Positions 1-10,303 of a stretch of 64,000 nt of DNA are shown piece after piece (within the stretch, counting starts at the first letter, position 1; each line of letters starts with the position of its first letter). The position numbers and the translations under genes are program-made. The notes under the pieces are model-generated. The model was not told the DNA's origin and made no database searches. It saw only the letters and a program-made list of their open reading frames with translations. This DNA is from Clostridia bacterium (GTDB lineage: Bacteria; Bacillota; Clostridia; TANB77; CAG-508), in contig JAGAKS010000003.1 in assembly GCA_017625465.1 (NCBI GenBank), positions 46,722 to 110,721 of the forward strand, given 5' to 3'.

Positions 1-1368
1 GAAATCAAAAAAGGATTAAGATTAGGAACAATCAATAATAAAATAGTTCCAGTTACTTGCGGTTCTTCATATAAAAATAAAGGTGTACAAGAATTATTAA
101 ACTGTATAGTAGACTTTATGCCATCACCATTAGATATAGCACATATCAAAGGTGAAACATTAGATGGAGAAGAAACAGAAGCTAAAACTTCTGATTCAGA
201 ACCATTTGCTGCTTTAGCATTTAAAATTGCTACTGACCCATTCGTAGGAAAATTATGTTTCTTTAGAGTTTACTCAGGAACATTAGAGTCAGGATCAACA
301 GTTTTAAATTCAAGCAAAGATAAAAAAGAAAGAATTGGTAGAATTCTTCAAATGCACTCTAACAATAGAGAAGATATAACAAAAGTTTATGCTGGAGATA
401 TTGCGGCTGCAGTTGGATTAAAAGATGTTACAACAGGTAACACACTTTGTGATCCAGATCACCCAATAATTCTTGAATCAATGGAATTCCCAGAGCCAGT
501 TATCGATATTGCTATCGAGCCTAAAGATAAAGCTGCTCAAGAAAAAATGGGTATTGCACTTGCAAAACTTGCTGAAGAAGATCCAACTTTCAAAACATAC
601 ACAAACCAAGAAACAGGTCAAACTATTATCGCTGGTATGGGTGAGTTACACTTAGATATCATCGTTGATAGATTAAAAAGAGAATTTAAAGTTGAATGTA
701 ATGTAGGTAAACCATCTGTTGCTTACAAAGAAACAATTAGAGAAAAAGTTAAAGTTGAAGGTAAATTCATTCGTCAATCTGGTGGTAGAGGACAATATGG
801 TCACGTTTGGTTAGAAATGGAACCATTAGAACCAGGTTCAGGTGTTCAATTTGAGAGCAAAATCGTTGGTGGTGTTGTTCCAAAAGAATACATTAAACCA
901 GTTGAAGAAGGTATTAGAGAAGCTTGTCAAGCTGGTGTTCTTGCAGGATACCCAGTTATCGACTTCAAAGCTACTTTAGTAGATGGTTCTTACCATGAAG
1001 TTGACTCATCAGAAGCAGCATTCCATATTGCTGGATCTATGGCATTCAAAGAAGGTTGTAGAAAAGGTCATGCTGTTATCTTAGAGCCAATTATGAAAGT
1101 TGAAATAACAGTTCCAGAAGAATACATGGGAGATGTTATAGGAGATGTAAACTCTAGACGTGGAAAAATGGAAGGTATGGAAAGTATTGATGGAATGCAA
1201 GAAATTCGTGCATTTATACCACTTTCAGAAATGTTTGGATATGCAACAGACTTACGTTCTAAAACACAAGGTAGAGGAACATACTCTATGGAACCTTCTC
1301 ATTATGAAGAAGTTCCAAAATCAGTTCTTGAAAATATTGTTTCTTCAAGAGCTAAAAAAGAAGACTAA
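1..1368 (+). CDS. fusA: Elongation factor G, C-terminal part (5' end lies outside the window)
   Basis: Frame 1 is open from nt 1 ([30 protein letters not shown] precedes the first Met of the tracked ORF). EF-G domain III-V sequence is present, e.g. [16 protein letters not shown] and [10 protein letters not shown]. It is followed by tuf, as in the str operon. Confidence 0.97.
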   Translation, partial: EIKKGLRLGTINNKIVPVTCGSSYKNKGVQELLNCIVDFMPSPLDIAHIKGETLDGEETEAKTSDSEPFAALAFKIATDPFVGKLCFFRVYSGTLESGSTVLNSSKDKKERIGRILQMHSNNREDITKVYAGDIAAAVGLKDVTTGNTLCDPDHPIILESMEFPEPVIDIAIEPKDKAAQEKMGIALAKLAEEDPTFKTYTNQETGQTIIAGMGELHLDIIVDRLKREFKVECNVGKPSVAYKETIREKVKVEGKFIRQSGGRGQYGHVWLEMEPLEPGSGVQFESKIVGGVVPKEYIKPVEEGIREACQAGVLAGYPVIDFKATLVDGSYHEVDSSEAAFHIAGSMAFKEGCRKGHAVILEPIMKVEITVPEEYMGDVIGDVNSRRGKMEGMESIDGMQEIRAFIPLSEMFGYATDLRSKTQGRGTYSMEPSHYEEVPKSVLENIVSSRAKKED

Positions 1369-1474
1369 TTTTGTGAAATATCAATTTTAGAAAAGTACTT
1401 GCTTTTTTGTACAAAATAGTATAAAATGGCAATGATTAAAAAGTCTTTAAATTTTTAAATTTAAATATAAAAGA

Positions 1475-1509
1475 TAGCTAGGGCAGAAAGCGCTTCTGCC
1501 TAATAGCTA
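1475..1509 (+). promoter_or_regulatory. GC-rich interrupted stem-loop in the fusA-tuf spacer, just 5' of the tuf SD
   Basis: Arms tagcta-g-ggcagaa and ttctgcc-taa-tagcta flank an agcgc loop. There is no trailing T-run, so it is not a canonical terminator. Confidence 0.35.
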
Positions 1510-1531
1510 AATTAAAAGGAGGAAAATTAAA

Positions 1532-2734
1532 ATGGCTAAAGCTAAATTCGAAAGAACAAAACCACACGTTAACATTGGTACAATCGGACACGTTGACCAT
1601 GGTAAAACAACAACAACAGCAGCTATTACAAAATATTTAGGATTATTAGGAAAAGCTCAATTCACAGCTTACGATCAAATTGACGGAGCTCCAGAAGAAA
1701 AAGCTAGAGGAATCACAATCAATACTGCTCACGTTGAATATGAAACAGAAAATAGACACTATGCACACGTTGACTGCCCAGGACACGCTGACTACGTTAA
1801 AAACATGATTACTGGTGCTGCTCAAATGGACGGAGCTATATTAGTAGTTTCTGCAGCAGATGGTCCAATGCCTCAAACAAGAGAGCACATCTTACTTGCT
1901 AGACAAGTTGGTGTTAAATATATCGTTGTTTACTTAAATAAATGCGATATGGTTGATGATCCAGAATTACTTGAATTAGTAGAAATGGAAGTTAGAGACT
2001 TATTATCAAGCTATGATTTCCCAGGAGATGAGATTCCAATTATTAAAGGATCTTCATTAAAAGTATTAGAATCATCAGCTACAGATCCAAATGCACCTGA
2101 ATATGCATGCATGAAAGAATTAATGGAAGCTGTTGATAGCTATATCCCAACTCCAGAAAGACCAATCGACCAACCATTCTTAATGCCAGTTGAAGACGTA
2201 TTCACAATTACTGGTAGAGGAACAGTTGCTACAGGTAGAGTAGAAAGAGGAACAGTTAAAGTTCAAGATAACGTTGAAATCGTTGGTTTATCTACTGAAA
2301 AGAAACAAACAGTTGTTACTGGTGTTGAAATGTTCAGAAAATTATTAGACCAAGCTGAAGCTGGAGATAACATTGGTGTTCTTTTAAGAGGTGTTGATAG
2401 AAAAGACATTGAAAGAGGTCAAGTTATTGCTAAACCAGATACAATTCATCCACATACAAAATTCAAATCAGAAGTATACGTTTTAACTAAAGAAGAAGGT
2501 GGAAGACATACTCCATTCTTCAATGGTTACAGACCACAATTCTACTTTAGAACAACAGACGTTACTGGTGTTATTGATTTACCAGCTGGTGTTGAAATGG
2601 TTATGCCAGGTGATAACGTATCTATGACAATCGAATTAATCACACCAATCGCTATTGAAAAAGGACTAAGATTCGCTATCCGTGAAGGTGGTAGAACAGT
2701 TGGTTCTGGTGTTGTTGCTGAAATTATCGAATAA
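1532..2734 (+). CDS. tuf: Elongation factor Tu
   Basis: The 400 aa product carries [17 protein letters not shown] and NKCD GTPase motifs. A strong SD (aaaggagg) lies upstream. Confidence 0.99.
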   Translation: MAKAKFERTKPHVNIGTIGHVDHGKTTTTAAITKYLGLLGKAQFTAYDQIDGAPEEKARGITINTAHVEYETENRHYAHVDCPGHADYVKNMITGAAQMDGAILVVSAADGPMPQTREHILLARQVGVKYIVVYLNKCDMVDDPELLELVEMEVRDLLSSYDFPGDEIPIIKGSSLKVLESSATDPNAPEYACMKELMEAVDSYIPTPERPIDQPFLMPVEDVFTITGRGTVATGRVERGTVKVQDNVEIVGLSTEKKQTVVTGVEMFRKLLDQAEAGDNIGVLLRGVDRKDIERGQVIAKPDTIHPHTKFKSEVYVLTKEEGGRHTPFFNGYRPQFYFRTTDVTGVIDLPAGVEMVMPGDNVSMTIELITPIAIEKGLRFAIREGGRTVGSGVVAEIIE

Positions 2735-2751
2735 TATTAGTTACAATATAT

Positions 2752-2781
2752 AAAAGAGTTCTTGTAAAAAGAACTCTTTTT
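2752..2781 (+). terminator. Rho-independent terminator after tuf
   Basis: Stem aagagttctt, loop gtaa, stem aagaactctt, followed by ttttt. Confidence 0.8.
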
Positions 2782-2842
2782 ATATTGCTTTTTTTATATA
2801 TTAAATGTAAAATCAATATATATATTATAGTGGGGATTTTAT

Positions 2843-3388
2843 ATGAACAAAAAAGCAAAACGAATACCAGTTAATTCTGTAGGCAAGCTTATAAAAGAAG
2901 CTAGAGAAAAGAAAGAATTAAGCATAGAAGATTTGGTATGGCAAATAAATAAACCAAAAAAGGTTACTGCTGAGCTTATAAAAAAATGGGAGAAAGGTCA
3001 AGAATTTCCCGATTTAGATTGCATATATTTATTAGCAGAAAATTTAGACTTAAATCCAAATGAATTATTTCAAAAAAGACTTACAATTCAAGATGAATCA
3101 ATACATGAGGTTGATTGGGCTGAAAGAAGAGTGAGTGAAAGAATGTTACATGTAACTAAGAATTTAACTAAGGTAGTAGTAGAATTTGTGGGAATAATTT
3201 TAGCAATATTGCTTGGTATGTATGCTTCACATTTTATAAGAATGATGACTGATCCCAATGATTTAACTCAACAGCAAATAGTAATAAATGTAATAGATGA
3301 TGCAGTAAATCAAAGTACATCGAATGGGAAGTTTCAAAATGAAAGTGTAAATAATACCATTAATTCTATCGGAAATGTTGTAAATTAA
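2843..3388 (+). CDS. Membrane-anchored XRE/Cro-type HTH protein
   Basis: The N-terminal helix-turn-helix pattern is VGKLIKEAREKKELSIEDLVWQIN...IKKWEKGQEFPDLDCIYLLAENLDLNPNELF. One predicted TM helix follows (VVVEFVGIILAILLGMYASHFI). Confidence 0.7.
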   Translation: MNKKAKRIPVNSVGKLIKEAREKKELSIEDLVWQINKPKKVTAELIKKWEKGQEFPDLDCIYLLAENLDLNPNELFQKRLTIQDESIHEVDWAERRVSERMLHVTKNLTKVVVEFVGIILAILLGMYASHFIRMMTDPNDLTQQQIVINVIDDAVNQSTSNGKFQNESVNNTINSIGNVVN

Positions 3389-3403
3389 TAATCGAGGAAT
3401 TTT

Positions 3404-3892
3404 ATGAAAAGAGAAAGAGATTTTAAAGCTAAGAAAAAATATGGTGAATTTAAAACTTTTGGTGAATATATTCTAGAAGGCAGAGATAAGCAAGGATTAA
3501 GTAGATTAAGTTTAGTTGAAAGAATTATAGATAAAGGTCAACAAGTAGATGAAAGAACAGTTAAACTTTGGGAAAAAGATGCTCTTTATCCAGATATAAC
3601 TATGATATATATATTATCAGAAATTTTAGAAATACATCCAAATGATTTAATTTTGGCAAAACAATACATGTATGAAGCTGGACTTAATGGCATAGATATG
3701 ATGTTAATGAGAGTAGTTTGCAATTTTATAGATGTTTCTATATGGAAAATACACTGCTTTTTTAATGTTTTTAAATGGTTTATATTATTTTGGATTTTAG
3801 GTTCGAAATATGGTATTAGTGTACCATGGTTAATGATTGTAATGTTCATTTTAAGTATAATTGCTGCTATGGTAGAATTTGATGGAGTGTAA
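3404..3892 (+). CDS. Membrane-anchored XRE/Cro-type HTH protein (tandem paralog)
   Basis: It has the same architecture as the upstream gene (FGEYILEGRDKQGLSRLSLVERI...VKLWEKDALYPDITMIYILSEILEIHPNDL) plus a hydrophobic C-terminal half. Confidence 0.65.
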   Translation: MKRERDFKAKKKYGEFKTFGEYILEGRDKQGLSRLSLVERIIDKGQQVDERTVKLWEKDALYPDITMIYILSEILEIHPNDLILAKQYMYEAGLNGIDMMLMRVVCNFIDVSIWKIHCFFNVFKWFILFWILGSKYGISVPWLMIVMFILSIIAAMVEFDGV

Positions 3893-4006
3893 AAACTGAA
3901 CTTTTGGTCAAATTATAAAAAAACTATTGCTTTTTTTATAGAAAGCATTTAAAATAGTAATGTCTAATAAAAAAAGTAATACAAATATGTTAAGGGGGAA
4001 AAACAC

Positions 4007-5029
4007 TTGAAGATATTATTAGATGCAATGGGAGGCGACAATGCCCCAGATGCAACCATTAAGGGAGCTGTAAGAGCTGCTAAAGAGGTTAAATCTGAAA
4101 TTGTTCTTATTGGAAATGAAGAAATTATAAATGCTAAAGTAAAAGAATTTTTTGGAAAAGATACAATTACTGAAGTAGCAAATAACATTTCAATAAAAAA
4201 TACAACTGAAACAATTGAAATGTGTGATATACCAACACAAGCTATAAAGCAAAAGAAAGATTCATCAATGGTTGTGGGATTTAAAATGCTTAAAGAAGGC
4301 GAAGGAGATGTATTTATATCTGCCGGAAATTCAGGAGCATTACTTACTGGAGCAACTTTATTAGTTGGTAGAATAAAAGGTATTGATAGACCTGCTATTG
4401 CACCACTTTTACCAGCTTATGGAAAAAGCTTTTTACTTATGGATGCAGGAGCAAATACAAACTGTAAGCCAATTAATTTAGTTCAATTTGCTCAAATGTC
4501 TACAATATATTTAAAAAATACTTTAGGTATTGAAAATCCAAAAGTTGGTTTATTAAATATAGGAACTGAAGAAACAAAAGGAAATGATTTAGTAAAAGAA
4601 ACTTTTAATATTTTAAATGAACATGCTGAAGAATATGGTGTTAACTTTATTGGAAATATTGAGGGTAGAGATTGTTTCTCAGGAGAAATTGATAGTGTTA
4701 TTACAGATGGTTTTACTGGAAATGTTTTCTTAAAAACACTTGAAGGTGTTGGAAAAATGGTAAAAAGAAATTTAACCGAAAGTTTAACAAGAAATTTACT
4801 TGCTAAAATATGTTCTGTGCCATGTTTACCAGCAATTAAAAGATTTGCAAAAACAATGGATTACAAAGAATATGGCGGAGCTTTATTCTTGGGAGTAAAA
4901 AAACCAGTAGTAAAAGCACATGGTAGTAGTGATGAGTATTTATTCTATTTTACAATTAAACAAGCTGAAAGATTTGTTGAGAGTAAGGCTGTAGATAAAA
5001 TGATAGAAGAATTTGAAAAAAATAAGTAA
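4007..5029 (+). CDS. plsX: Phosphate acyltransferase PlsX
   Basis: The sequence begins MKILLDAMGGDNAP and contains ISAGNSGAL. The start is TTG, 8 nt after GGGGG. It has the usual plsX-acpP-rnc synteny. Confidence 0.95.
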   Translation: MKILLDAMGGDNAPDATIKGAVRAAKEVKSEIVLIGNEEIINAKVKEFFGKDTITEVANNISIKNTTETIEMCDIPTQAIKQKKDSSMVVGFKMLKEGEGDVFISAGNSGALLTGATLLVGRIKGIDRPAIAPLLPAYGKSFLLMDAGANTNCKPINLVQFAQMSTIYLKNTLGIENPKVGLLNIGTEETKGNDLVKETFNILNEHAEEYGVNFIGNIEGRDCFSGEIDSVITDGFTGNVFLKTLEGVGKMVKRNLTESLTRNLLAKICSVPCLPAIKRFAKTMDYKEYGGALFLGVKKPVVKAHGSSDEYLFYFTIKQAERFVESKAVDKMIEEFEKNK

Positions 5030-5107
5030 TAAATACTTGACTTTTTATGTAGTATATAATAAAAATAGATTATATAGTAATATCTTTGAAAAGGAGGTGT
5101 AACTTAT

Positions 5108-5347
5108 ATGAGTACTGAAGAAGTATTTGAAAAAGTAAAAGCTATAATTGTTGAACAATTAGGAGTAGCTGAAACAGCTGTTGAAATGGATGCATCTTTT
5201 ATAGATGATTTAGGTGCAGATTCATTAGATATAGTTGAACTTGTAATGGCTTTAGAAGAAGAATTCGATTTAGAAATTCCAGATTCTGATGCTGAAAAAG
5301 TAGTTACAGTTGGAGATGTAGTTGAGTATATCAAAGAAAACGTGTAA
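5108..5347 (+). CDS. acpP: Acyl carrier protein
   Basis: The 79 aa product carries the [20 protein letters not shown] phosphopantetheine-attachment motif. Confidence 0.97.
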   Translation: MSTEEVFEKVKAIIVEQLGVAETAVEMDASFIDDLGADSLDIVELVMALEEEFDLEIPDSDAEKVVTVGDVVEYIKENV

Positions 5348-5372
5348 TATTGTAATCAATAATGAAGATAAA

Positions 5373-5423
5373 AATCGGGTGTATATGTTATTTGTTTTAA
5401 ATAATATATATACCCGATTTTTG
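5373..5423 (+). terminator. Rho-independent terminator after acpP
   Basis: Stem atcgggtgtatat ... atatatacccgat, followed by ttttg. Confidence 0.75.
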
Positions 5424-5452
5424 TTGAAAAATATTCAAAAAAGATATATAAT
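5424..5452 (+). promoter_or_regulatory. Sigma-A type promoter upstream of rnc
   Basis: TTGAAA (5424-5429), 17 nt spacer, TATAAT (5447-5452). Confidence 0.55.
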
Positions 5453-5470
5453 AATATGCGGAGGTAAAAA

Positions 5471-6142
5471 ATGGATTTAGAAGTTTTTGAAAAAGAAATA
5501 GGATATTTTTTCAGAGATAAAAGTTTGCTAAAAAAAGCACTTACTCATACTTCTTATGCTTATGAAAATAAAGTAGAAAGTTATGAAAGATTGGAATATC
5601 TTGGTGATAGTATATTAGAATTTATAAGTAGCAAATATTTGTATACAAATTATAAAAAATTGTCAGAAGGAGAAATGACTAAAGTTAGAGCATATTCAGT
5701 ATGTGAAGACAGTTTATATACAGTTGCGTTGAAGCATAATTTTAGTGATTTCTTATATCTTGGAAAAAGTGAACAAGCATCACATGGCACTAGAAAAGCG
5801 ATACTTGCAGATACTGTAGAATCTGTTATTGCAGCTATTTATTTAGATTCTAATTTAGAAAATGCAGAGAAATTTATTTTAGACAACATTAAAGAACAAA
5901 TTGAATATGCATCAAAACATGTTGGTATTAAAGATTATAAAACTGTGCTACAAGAAAAACTTCAATCATCAGGAGATGTTTCAATAAAATATAATATTAT
6001 TTCTGAAAAAGGACCAGATCACAACAAAGAATTTACAGCTGAAGTTGTAATAAATAACAAAAAAATGCAAACAGGAACAGGAAAAAGTAAAAAGGCAGCA
6101 GAAATGGAAGCTGCTAGAAAAACTTTAGAAACTTTAAAATAA
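5471..6142 (+). CDS. rnc: Ribonuclease III
   Basis: It has the ERLEYLGDSILEF RNase III signature and a C-terminal dsRBD (KKAAEMEAARKTLETL). Confidence 0.96.
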   Translation: MDLEVFEKEIGYFFRDKSLLKKALTHTSYAYENKVESYERLEYLGDSILEFISSKYLYTNYKKLSEGEMTKVRAYSVCEDSLYTVALKHNFSDFLYLGKSEQASHGTRKAILADTVESVIAAIYLDSNLENAEKFILDNIKEQIEYASKHVGIKDYKTVLQEKLQSSGDVSIKYNIISEKGPDHNKEFTAEVVINNKKMQTGTGKSKKAAEMEAARKTLETLK

Positions 6143-6152
6143 AGGAGCAAGT

Positions 6153-7208
6153 ATGAAGAAACAATATATTATTCCAATATTTGTGCCACATCTAGGTTGC
6201 CCAAATGAATGTACTTTTTGCAATCAAAGAAAAATTAGTGGTGAACAGAAAAATGTTACAGAAGAAGATGTTAAGAGAATAATTGAATATTATTTAGAAA
6301 GTTTTAAAGATAAAGATGCCAAAGTAGAAGTTGCTTTTTTTGGTGGAAGCTTTACAGCGATAGAACCAGAATTGCAAGAAAAACTTTTGAAAGCAGCTTA
6401 TGAATATATAAAGCTTAAAAAAGTAGATAGTATTAGAGTTTCAACAAGACCAGATGCAATAGATAAAACCATATTAAAAAGACTAAAAAAATATAAAGTA
6501 AAAACAATAGAACTTGGTGTTCAATCTACTAATAATTATATTTTGGAAAAATGCAAAAGAGGACATACTTTTGATGATGTAAAAAAGGCATCAAAGCTTA
6601 TTAGATGGCATGGATTTACATTAGGACATCAAATGATGGTAGGGCTTCCAGAAAGTACAGTATTAGATGAAATGAATACTGCAAAAGATTTGGCAAAATT
6701 AAAACCTAAAATGGTTAGAATATATCCAGTTTTAGTAATAAGAGGAACTGAGCTAGAAAAAGAATATTTAGATGGTACTTATGAACCATTGTCACTAGAA
6801 CAAGCTGTTGAAAGATGCAAAGAATTATGCTATTTCTTTGGAAAGAAAAAGATAAATGTTATAAGAGTTGGACTTCAAAATACTGAAACTATTTGTGATC
6901 CTAAAAAATCAAAAAGTGAAGTTGTCGCTGGTCCATATCATGAGACTTTTAGACAATTAGTAGAATCTTCTATGTATTATGATACAATTGTTGATAAAAT
7001 AAAGCAGTTTAACACTAAGGTAAAAGAAGTAGAAATTAAAGTAAATCCACAAAATGTAAGTAATGTAGTAGGCTTCAAAAGACAAAATATTGAGAAGCTA
7101 AAAAATACTTATGATGTTGATGTTTTAATTAAAATGGATGAAAAATGTCCAGTAAGTAAGATAGACGTTACTGTTACAAAAAAATATCAAGATTTTATAG
7201 ATGAATAA
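6153..7208 (+). CDS. Radical SAM protein (ELP3-like family commonly found after rnc in Clostridia)
   Basis: CPNECTFCNQRK is a CX3CX2C cluster motif. The product is 351 aa. Confidence 0.8.
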   Translation: MKKQYIIPIFVPHLGCPNECTFCNQRKISGEQKNVTEEDVKRIIEYYLESFKDKDAKVEVAFFGGSFTAIEPELQEKLLKAAYEYIKLKKVDSIRVSTRPDAIDKTILKRLKKYKVKTIELGVQSTNNYILEKCKRGHTFDDVKKASKLIRWHGFTLGHQMMVGLPESTVLDEMNTAKDLAKLKPKMVRIYPVLVIRGTELEKEYLDGTYEPLSLEQAVERCKELCYFFGKKKINVIRVGLQNTETICDPKKSKSEVVAGPYHETFRQLVESSMYYDTIVDKIKQFNTKVKEVEIKVNPQNVSNVVGFKRQNIEKLKNTYDVDVLIKMDEKCPVSKIDVTVTKKYQDFIDE

Positions 7209-7217
7209 TTTTTGTAA

Positions 7218-7252
7218 AACACACCTATACTAATAAAAATAGGTGTGTTTTT
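7218..7252 (+). terminator. Terminator hairpin abutting the next start codon
   Basis: Stem aacacacctat, 10 nt loop, stem ataggtgtgtt, followed by ttt and then the ATG at 7253. Confidence 0.6.
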
Positions 7253-8083
7253 ATGAAGAAAAAAATTAGAGATATTATATTAATTACAGTGGGGTGTATT
7301 GTTGCAGGAATTGGAACGGCTTTATTTTTGCTACCTAATAGATTATCTAGTGGTGGTTTTGCTGGTATTGCAACTATATTATATTATTTGTTTGGAATTC
7401 CTATGGGAAATACTATAATGATATTAAATATTCCACTTTTTATATTAAGTTATTTTAGAGCAGGAAAAACTTTTTTATTAAAAAGTATATATGCTACTTT
7501 TCTATATTCCATAGCAATAGATATATTAAGTAAAATTACAACTTTTACAGATGATAGATTTTTAGACTGCATATATGGTGGCATTTTAATTGGAATAGGT
7601 CTAGGATTAGTATTTAAAGCAAAGGCTTCAACAGGAGGAACTGATTTAATTGTTCAAATTATCAAGAGTTATTCTAAAAAGGTAAGAACCTCAAATATGT
7701 TAGTTATCATGGATGGCTTTATAGTATTTGCAAATTTATTATTTTTTAGGCAAATTGAAATAGGACTTTATTCGGCTATTGCTATTTTTATTATTGGAAA
7801 AATGATAGATTTGGTTTTTGAAGGTATTAATTTTAGTAAAATGCTTTATATTGTGTCAGATAAGTATGAAGAAATTGCAGAAAAGATAAATTTAGATATA
7901 GAAAGTGGAGCAACAGGACTATATGGCAGAGGAATGTATACTTCAACAGAGAGAACAATTCTTATGTGTGTTACTAAAAGAAGAAATGTAATGACAATTA
8001 AAAATTTAGCAGAAGAGATTGATCCAAATGCATTTATAATTATAACAGATGCAAGAGAAGTGTTTGGCTTAGGGTTTAAATAG
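7253..8083 (+). CDS. YitT-family membrane protein (DUF2179 C-terminal domain)
   Basis: It is polytopic and its N-terminus contains RLSSGGFAGIATILYY. The C-terminal soluble domain ends ITDAREVFGLGFK. Confidence 0.8.
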   Translation: MKKKIRDIILITVGCIVAGIGTALFLLPNRLSSGGFAGIATILYYLFGIPMGNTIMILNIPLFILSYFRAGKTFLLKSIYATFLYSIAIDILSKITTFTDDRFLDCIYGGILIGIGLGLVFKAKASTGGTDLIVQIIKSYSKKVRTSNMLVIMDGFIVFANLLFFRQIEIGLYSAIAIFIIGKMIDLVFEGINFSKMLYIVSDKYEEIAEKINLDIESGATGLYGRGMYTSTERTILMCVTKRRNVMTIKNLAEEIDPNAFIIITDAREVFGLGFK

Positions 8084-8091
8084 AATTTTAA

Positions 8092-8125
8092 AGAAGGTAG
8101 TAATAATTACTACCTTCAATTTATT
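8092..8125 (+). terminator. Rho-independent terminator
   Basis: Stem gaaggtagtaat / attactaccttc, followed by a T-rich tract. Confidence 0.65.
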
Positions 8126-8177
8126 TTAATTTTCCATTGATAAAAATGCATAAATGTATTAAAATGTAATTGATATA

Positions 8178-9068
8178 ATGGAGGAAATTTTACAGATGGA
8201 GCAAACATATATATTAAAAAATCCAGATAGTTTTAATTTAAAACATATTTTTGAATGTGGACAGTGTTTTAGATGGAACGAAGAAATAGATGGAAGCTAC
8301 ACAGGTGTAATAAAATTCGGAGTTATAAATGTCAAACAGGATGGAAAAAATTTTGTTTTTGAAGGAAATGTTCAAGGTAATTTAGAAGATATAGTAAAAG
8401 ATTATTTTGATTTAAATACAGATTATTCTAAAATAAAAGAACAATTAAGTAAAATAGATGAATATTTAAAAGAAAGTATTGAATTTGGAGAAGGTATTAG
8501 AATTTTAAATCAAGATTTATGGGAGTGTATAATTTCTTTTATAATATCTGCGAATAACAATATTCCAAGAATAAAGAAAATAATAGATAAAATTTCTTGT
8601 ACTTATGGAGAAAAAGTTGTATTTAGAGAAAAAGAGTATTATTTGTTTCCTAATGTTTTAGAGCTTTCAAAAGCTAGCATTGAAGATTTAAGAAGTATGG
8701 GATTAGGTTTTAGAGATAAAAGGGTATATACAACTACTAAAATGATAAGAGAAAATGTAGTTTCTCTAGAAGAATTAGAAAAAGGTGAAAGTTTAGAATT
8801 TATTGAGGAAGAGCTTTTAAAACTAGATGGTGTTGGAGAAAAGGTTGCAAATTGTATAATGCTTTTTGCATTAAAAAGATTTGATGTTTTTCCAATAGAT
8901 GTTTGGGTTAGAAGAGTTATGAATGACTTATATATACATAATGAAGATGAAGAAAGAGTTAGCAAAAAGGAAATACAAAAATTAGCAAAAGAAAAGTTTT
9001 TAGACATTCCAGGCTTAGCTCAGCAATATTTGTTTTATTGGAAAAGAGAGCAGGGCAAGGGTGCATAA
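8178..9068 (+). CDS. ogg: 8-oxoguanine DNA glycosylase / HhH-GPD superfamily glycosylase
   Basis: LDGVGEKVANCIMLFALKRFDVFPIDVWVRR closely matches the OGG1 HhH-GPD core. An alternative start at 8196 is possible. Confidence 0.8.
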   Translation: MEEILQMEQTYILKNPDSFNLKHIFECGQCFRWNEEIDGSYTGVIKFGVINVKQDGKNFVFEGNVQGNLEDIVKDYFDLNTDYSKIKEQLSKIDEYLKESIEFGEGIRILNQDLWECIISFIISANNNIPRIKKIIDKISCTYGEKVVFREKEYYLFPNVLELSKASIEDLRSMGLGFRDKRVYTTTKMIRENVVSLEELEKGESLEFIEEELLKLDGVGEKVANCIMLFALKRFDVFPIDVWVRRVMNDLYIHNEDEERVSKKEIQKLAKEKFLDIPGLAQQYLFYWKREQGKGA

Positions 9069-9083
9069 AAGTGGAGGAAAACT

Positions 9084-10295
9084 ATGGGAAAAAAAGATAA
9101 TTTAGTTGCTGGTATAATGACTACATTAATTATCCTTATATTTTTATTAACTACTTATTTTTGTTTAGATATTTTTGGAATAATAGATGTTCCTGATAAT
9201 TTAAGCTTGGCAAAAATATTAGGTTCAAGGTCAGAAGAAATGGTTGCAGTAAAACCTATAGAAGACTTAATTATCACAGAAGAAAATATAGATGAATGGC
9301 TTAATGAAAGTACTGAAATGGAAAATATTGAAGTAGAAAACAATGAAGTTGAAAATAATGAAGAAATAGAAGTAGTAGAACGTCAAGATATTCCACAAAG
9401 AGATGTGCCAGAAGAACAAGTAGCAGAAAAAGCAACTAGTAAGGTATATTATTATCAATTAGATATGTATGGTAAAATGATTTATGATAGAATGTATGAC
9501 AATATAGAAAATTTGAAAACTGGTAATTTTGATGTAGAATTTGATACATTATTTAACGATTTATTACATGAAGAAAATGGAGAAGCAACTTTAGAAAATG
9601 CTTTTCAATTTGGTATGAATGCTTTACTTTTTGATCATCCAGAAATATTTTTCTTAGATATTACTAAAATGTATATGTCTACTGAAATTACAAGCTTAGG
9701 TCCATTAAAAACATATAGAGTAAAAATAGGCGGTTTAGATGGCGAAAGTTACTTGTCAAACTCATTTTATAGCAAACAGTCTATTGATGTGGTTTCAGAA
9801 ATGATAGAAACAGTAAAATCAAATATAGAAGGAAGCATTATAGATGATAATACATACAATAGAATTAAATTTGTACATGATTATTTAGTAGATACAGTTT
9901 CTTATGACCAAACACTATCAAAAGATAATATTTATAATATATATGGAGCTTTAATAAACAAAGTAGCTGTTTGCGAGGGTTATTCTAAAGCTTTCAAATA
10001 TATAATGGACGATTTTGGAATTCCTTGTGTTATAGTATGTGGAATAGGACAAAATTCAAATGGAGATACAGAAAGTCATGCTTGGAATTACGTAAAAATA
10101 GATGGAAAATGGTATGCTATTGATTGTACTTGGGATGATCCTGTTATAGTAGGAAACGGTTATGTTTCTAATAGTGTTTTTACAAAATATTTTTTGAAAG
10201 GTTCAAATGATTTCTTTAAAGACCATATAGAAGATGGGAAGATAGTTGAAAATTCAAGTTTTGTATATCCAACTTTAAGTGTAGGTAATTATTAA
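9084..10295 (+). CDS. Membrane-anchored transglutaminase-like (papain-fold) protein
   Basis: An N-terminal TM helix is followed by an acidic linker. The transglutaminase-core pattern is VCEGYSKAF ... SHAWNYV ... DCTWDD (Cys-His-Asp). Confidence 0.75.
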   Translation: MGKKDNLVAGIMTTLIILIFLLTTYFCLDIFGIIDVPDNLSLAKILGSRSEEMVAVKPIEDLIITEENIDEWLNESTEMENIEVENNEVENNEEIEVVERQDIPQRDVPEEQVAEKATSKVYYYQLDMYGKMIYDRMYDNIENLKTGNFDVEFDTLFNDLLHEENGEATLENAFQFGMNALLFDHPEIFFLDITKMYMSTEITSLGPLKTYRVKIGGLDGESYLSNSFYSKQSIDVVSEMIETVKSNIEGSIIDDNTYNRIKFVHDYLVDTVSYDQTLSKDNIYNIYGALINKVAVCEGYSKAFKYIMDDFGIPCVIVCGIGQNSNGDTESHAWNYVKIDGKWYAIDCTWDDPVIVGNGYVSNSVFTKYFLKGSNDFFKDHIEDGKIVENSSFVYPTLSVGNY

Positions 10296-10303
10296 GGAGA
10301 GTT

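Noticed and set aside
1585-1587. Numerous other cgg trinucleotides, e.g. in tuf ATC-GGA, GAC-GGA; addB TAC-GGT, AGC-GGA; ftsZ GCG-GAT.
   Set aside because: Each one spans a codon boundary (NNC-GGN or NCG-GNN) in an intact conserved frame. They are not CGG codons and show no frame disturbance. They serve as the background for the in-frame observation.
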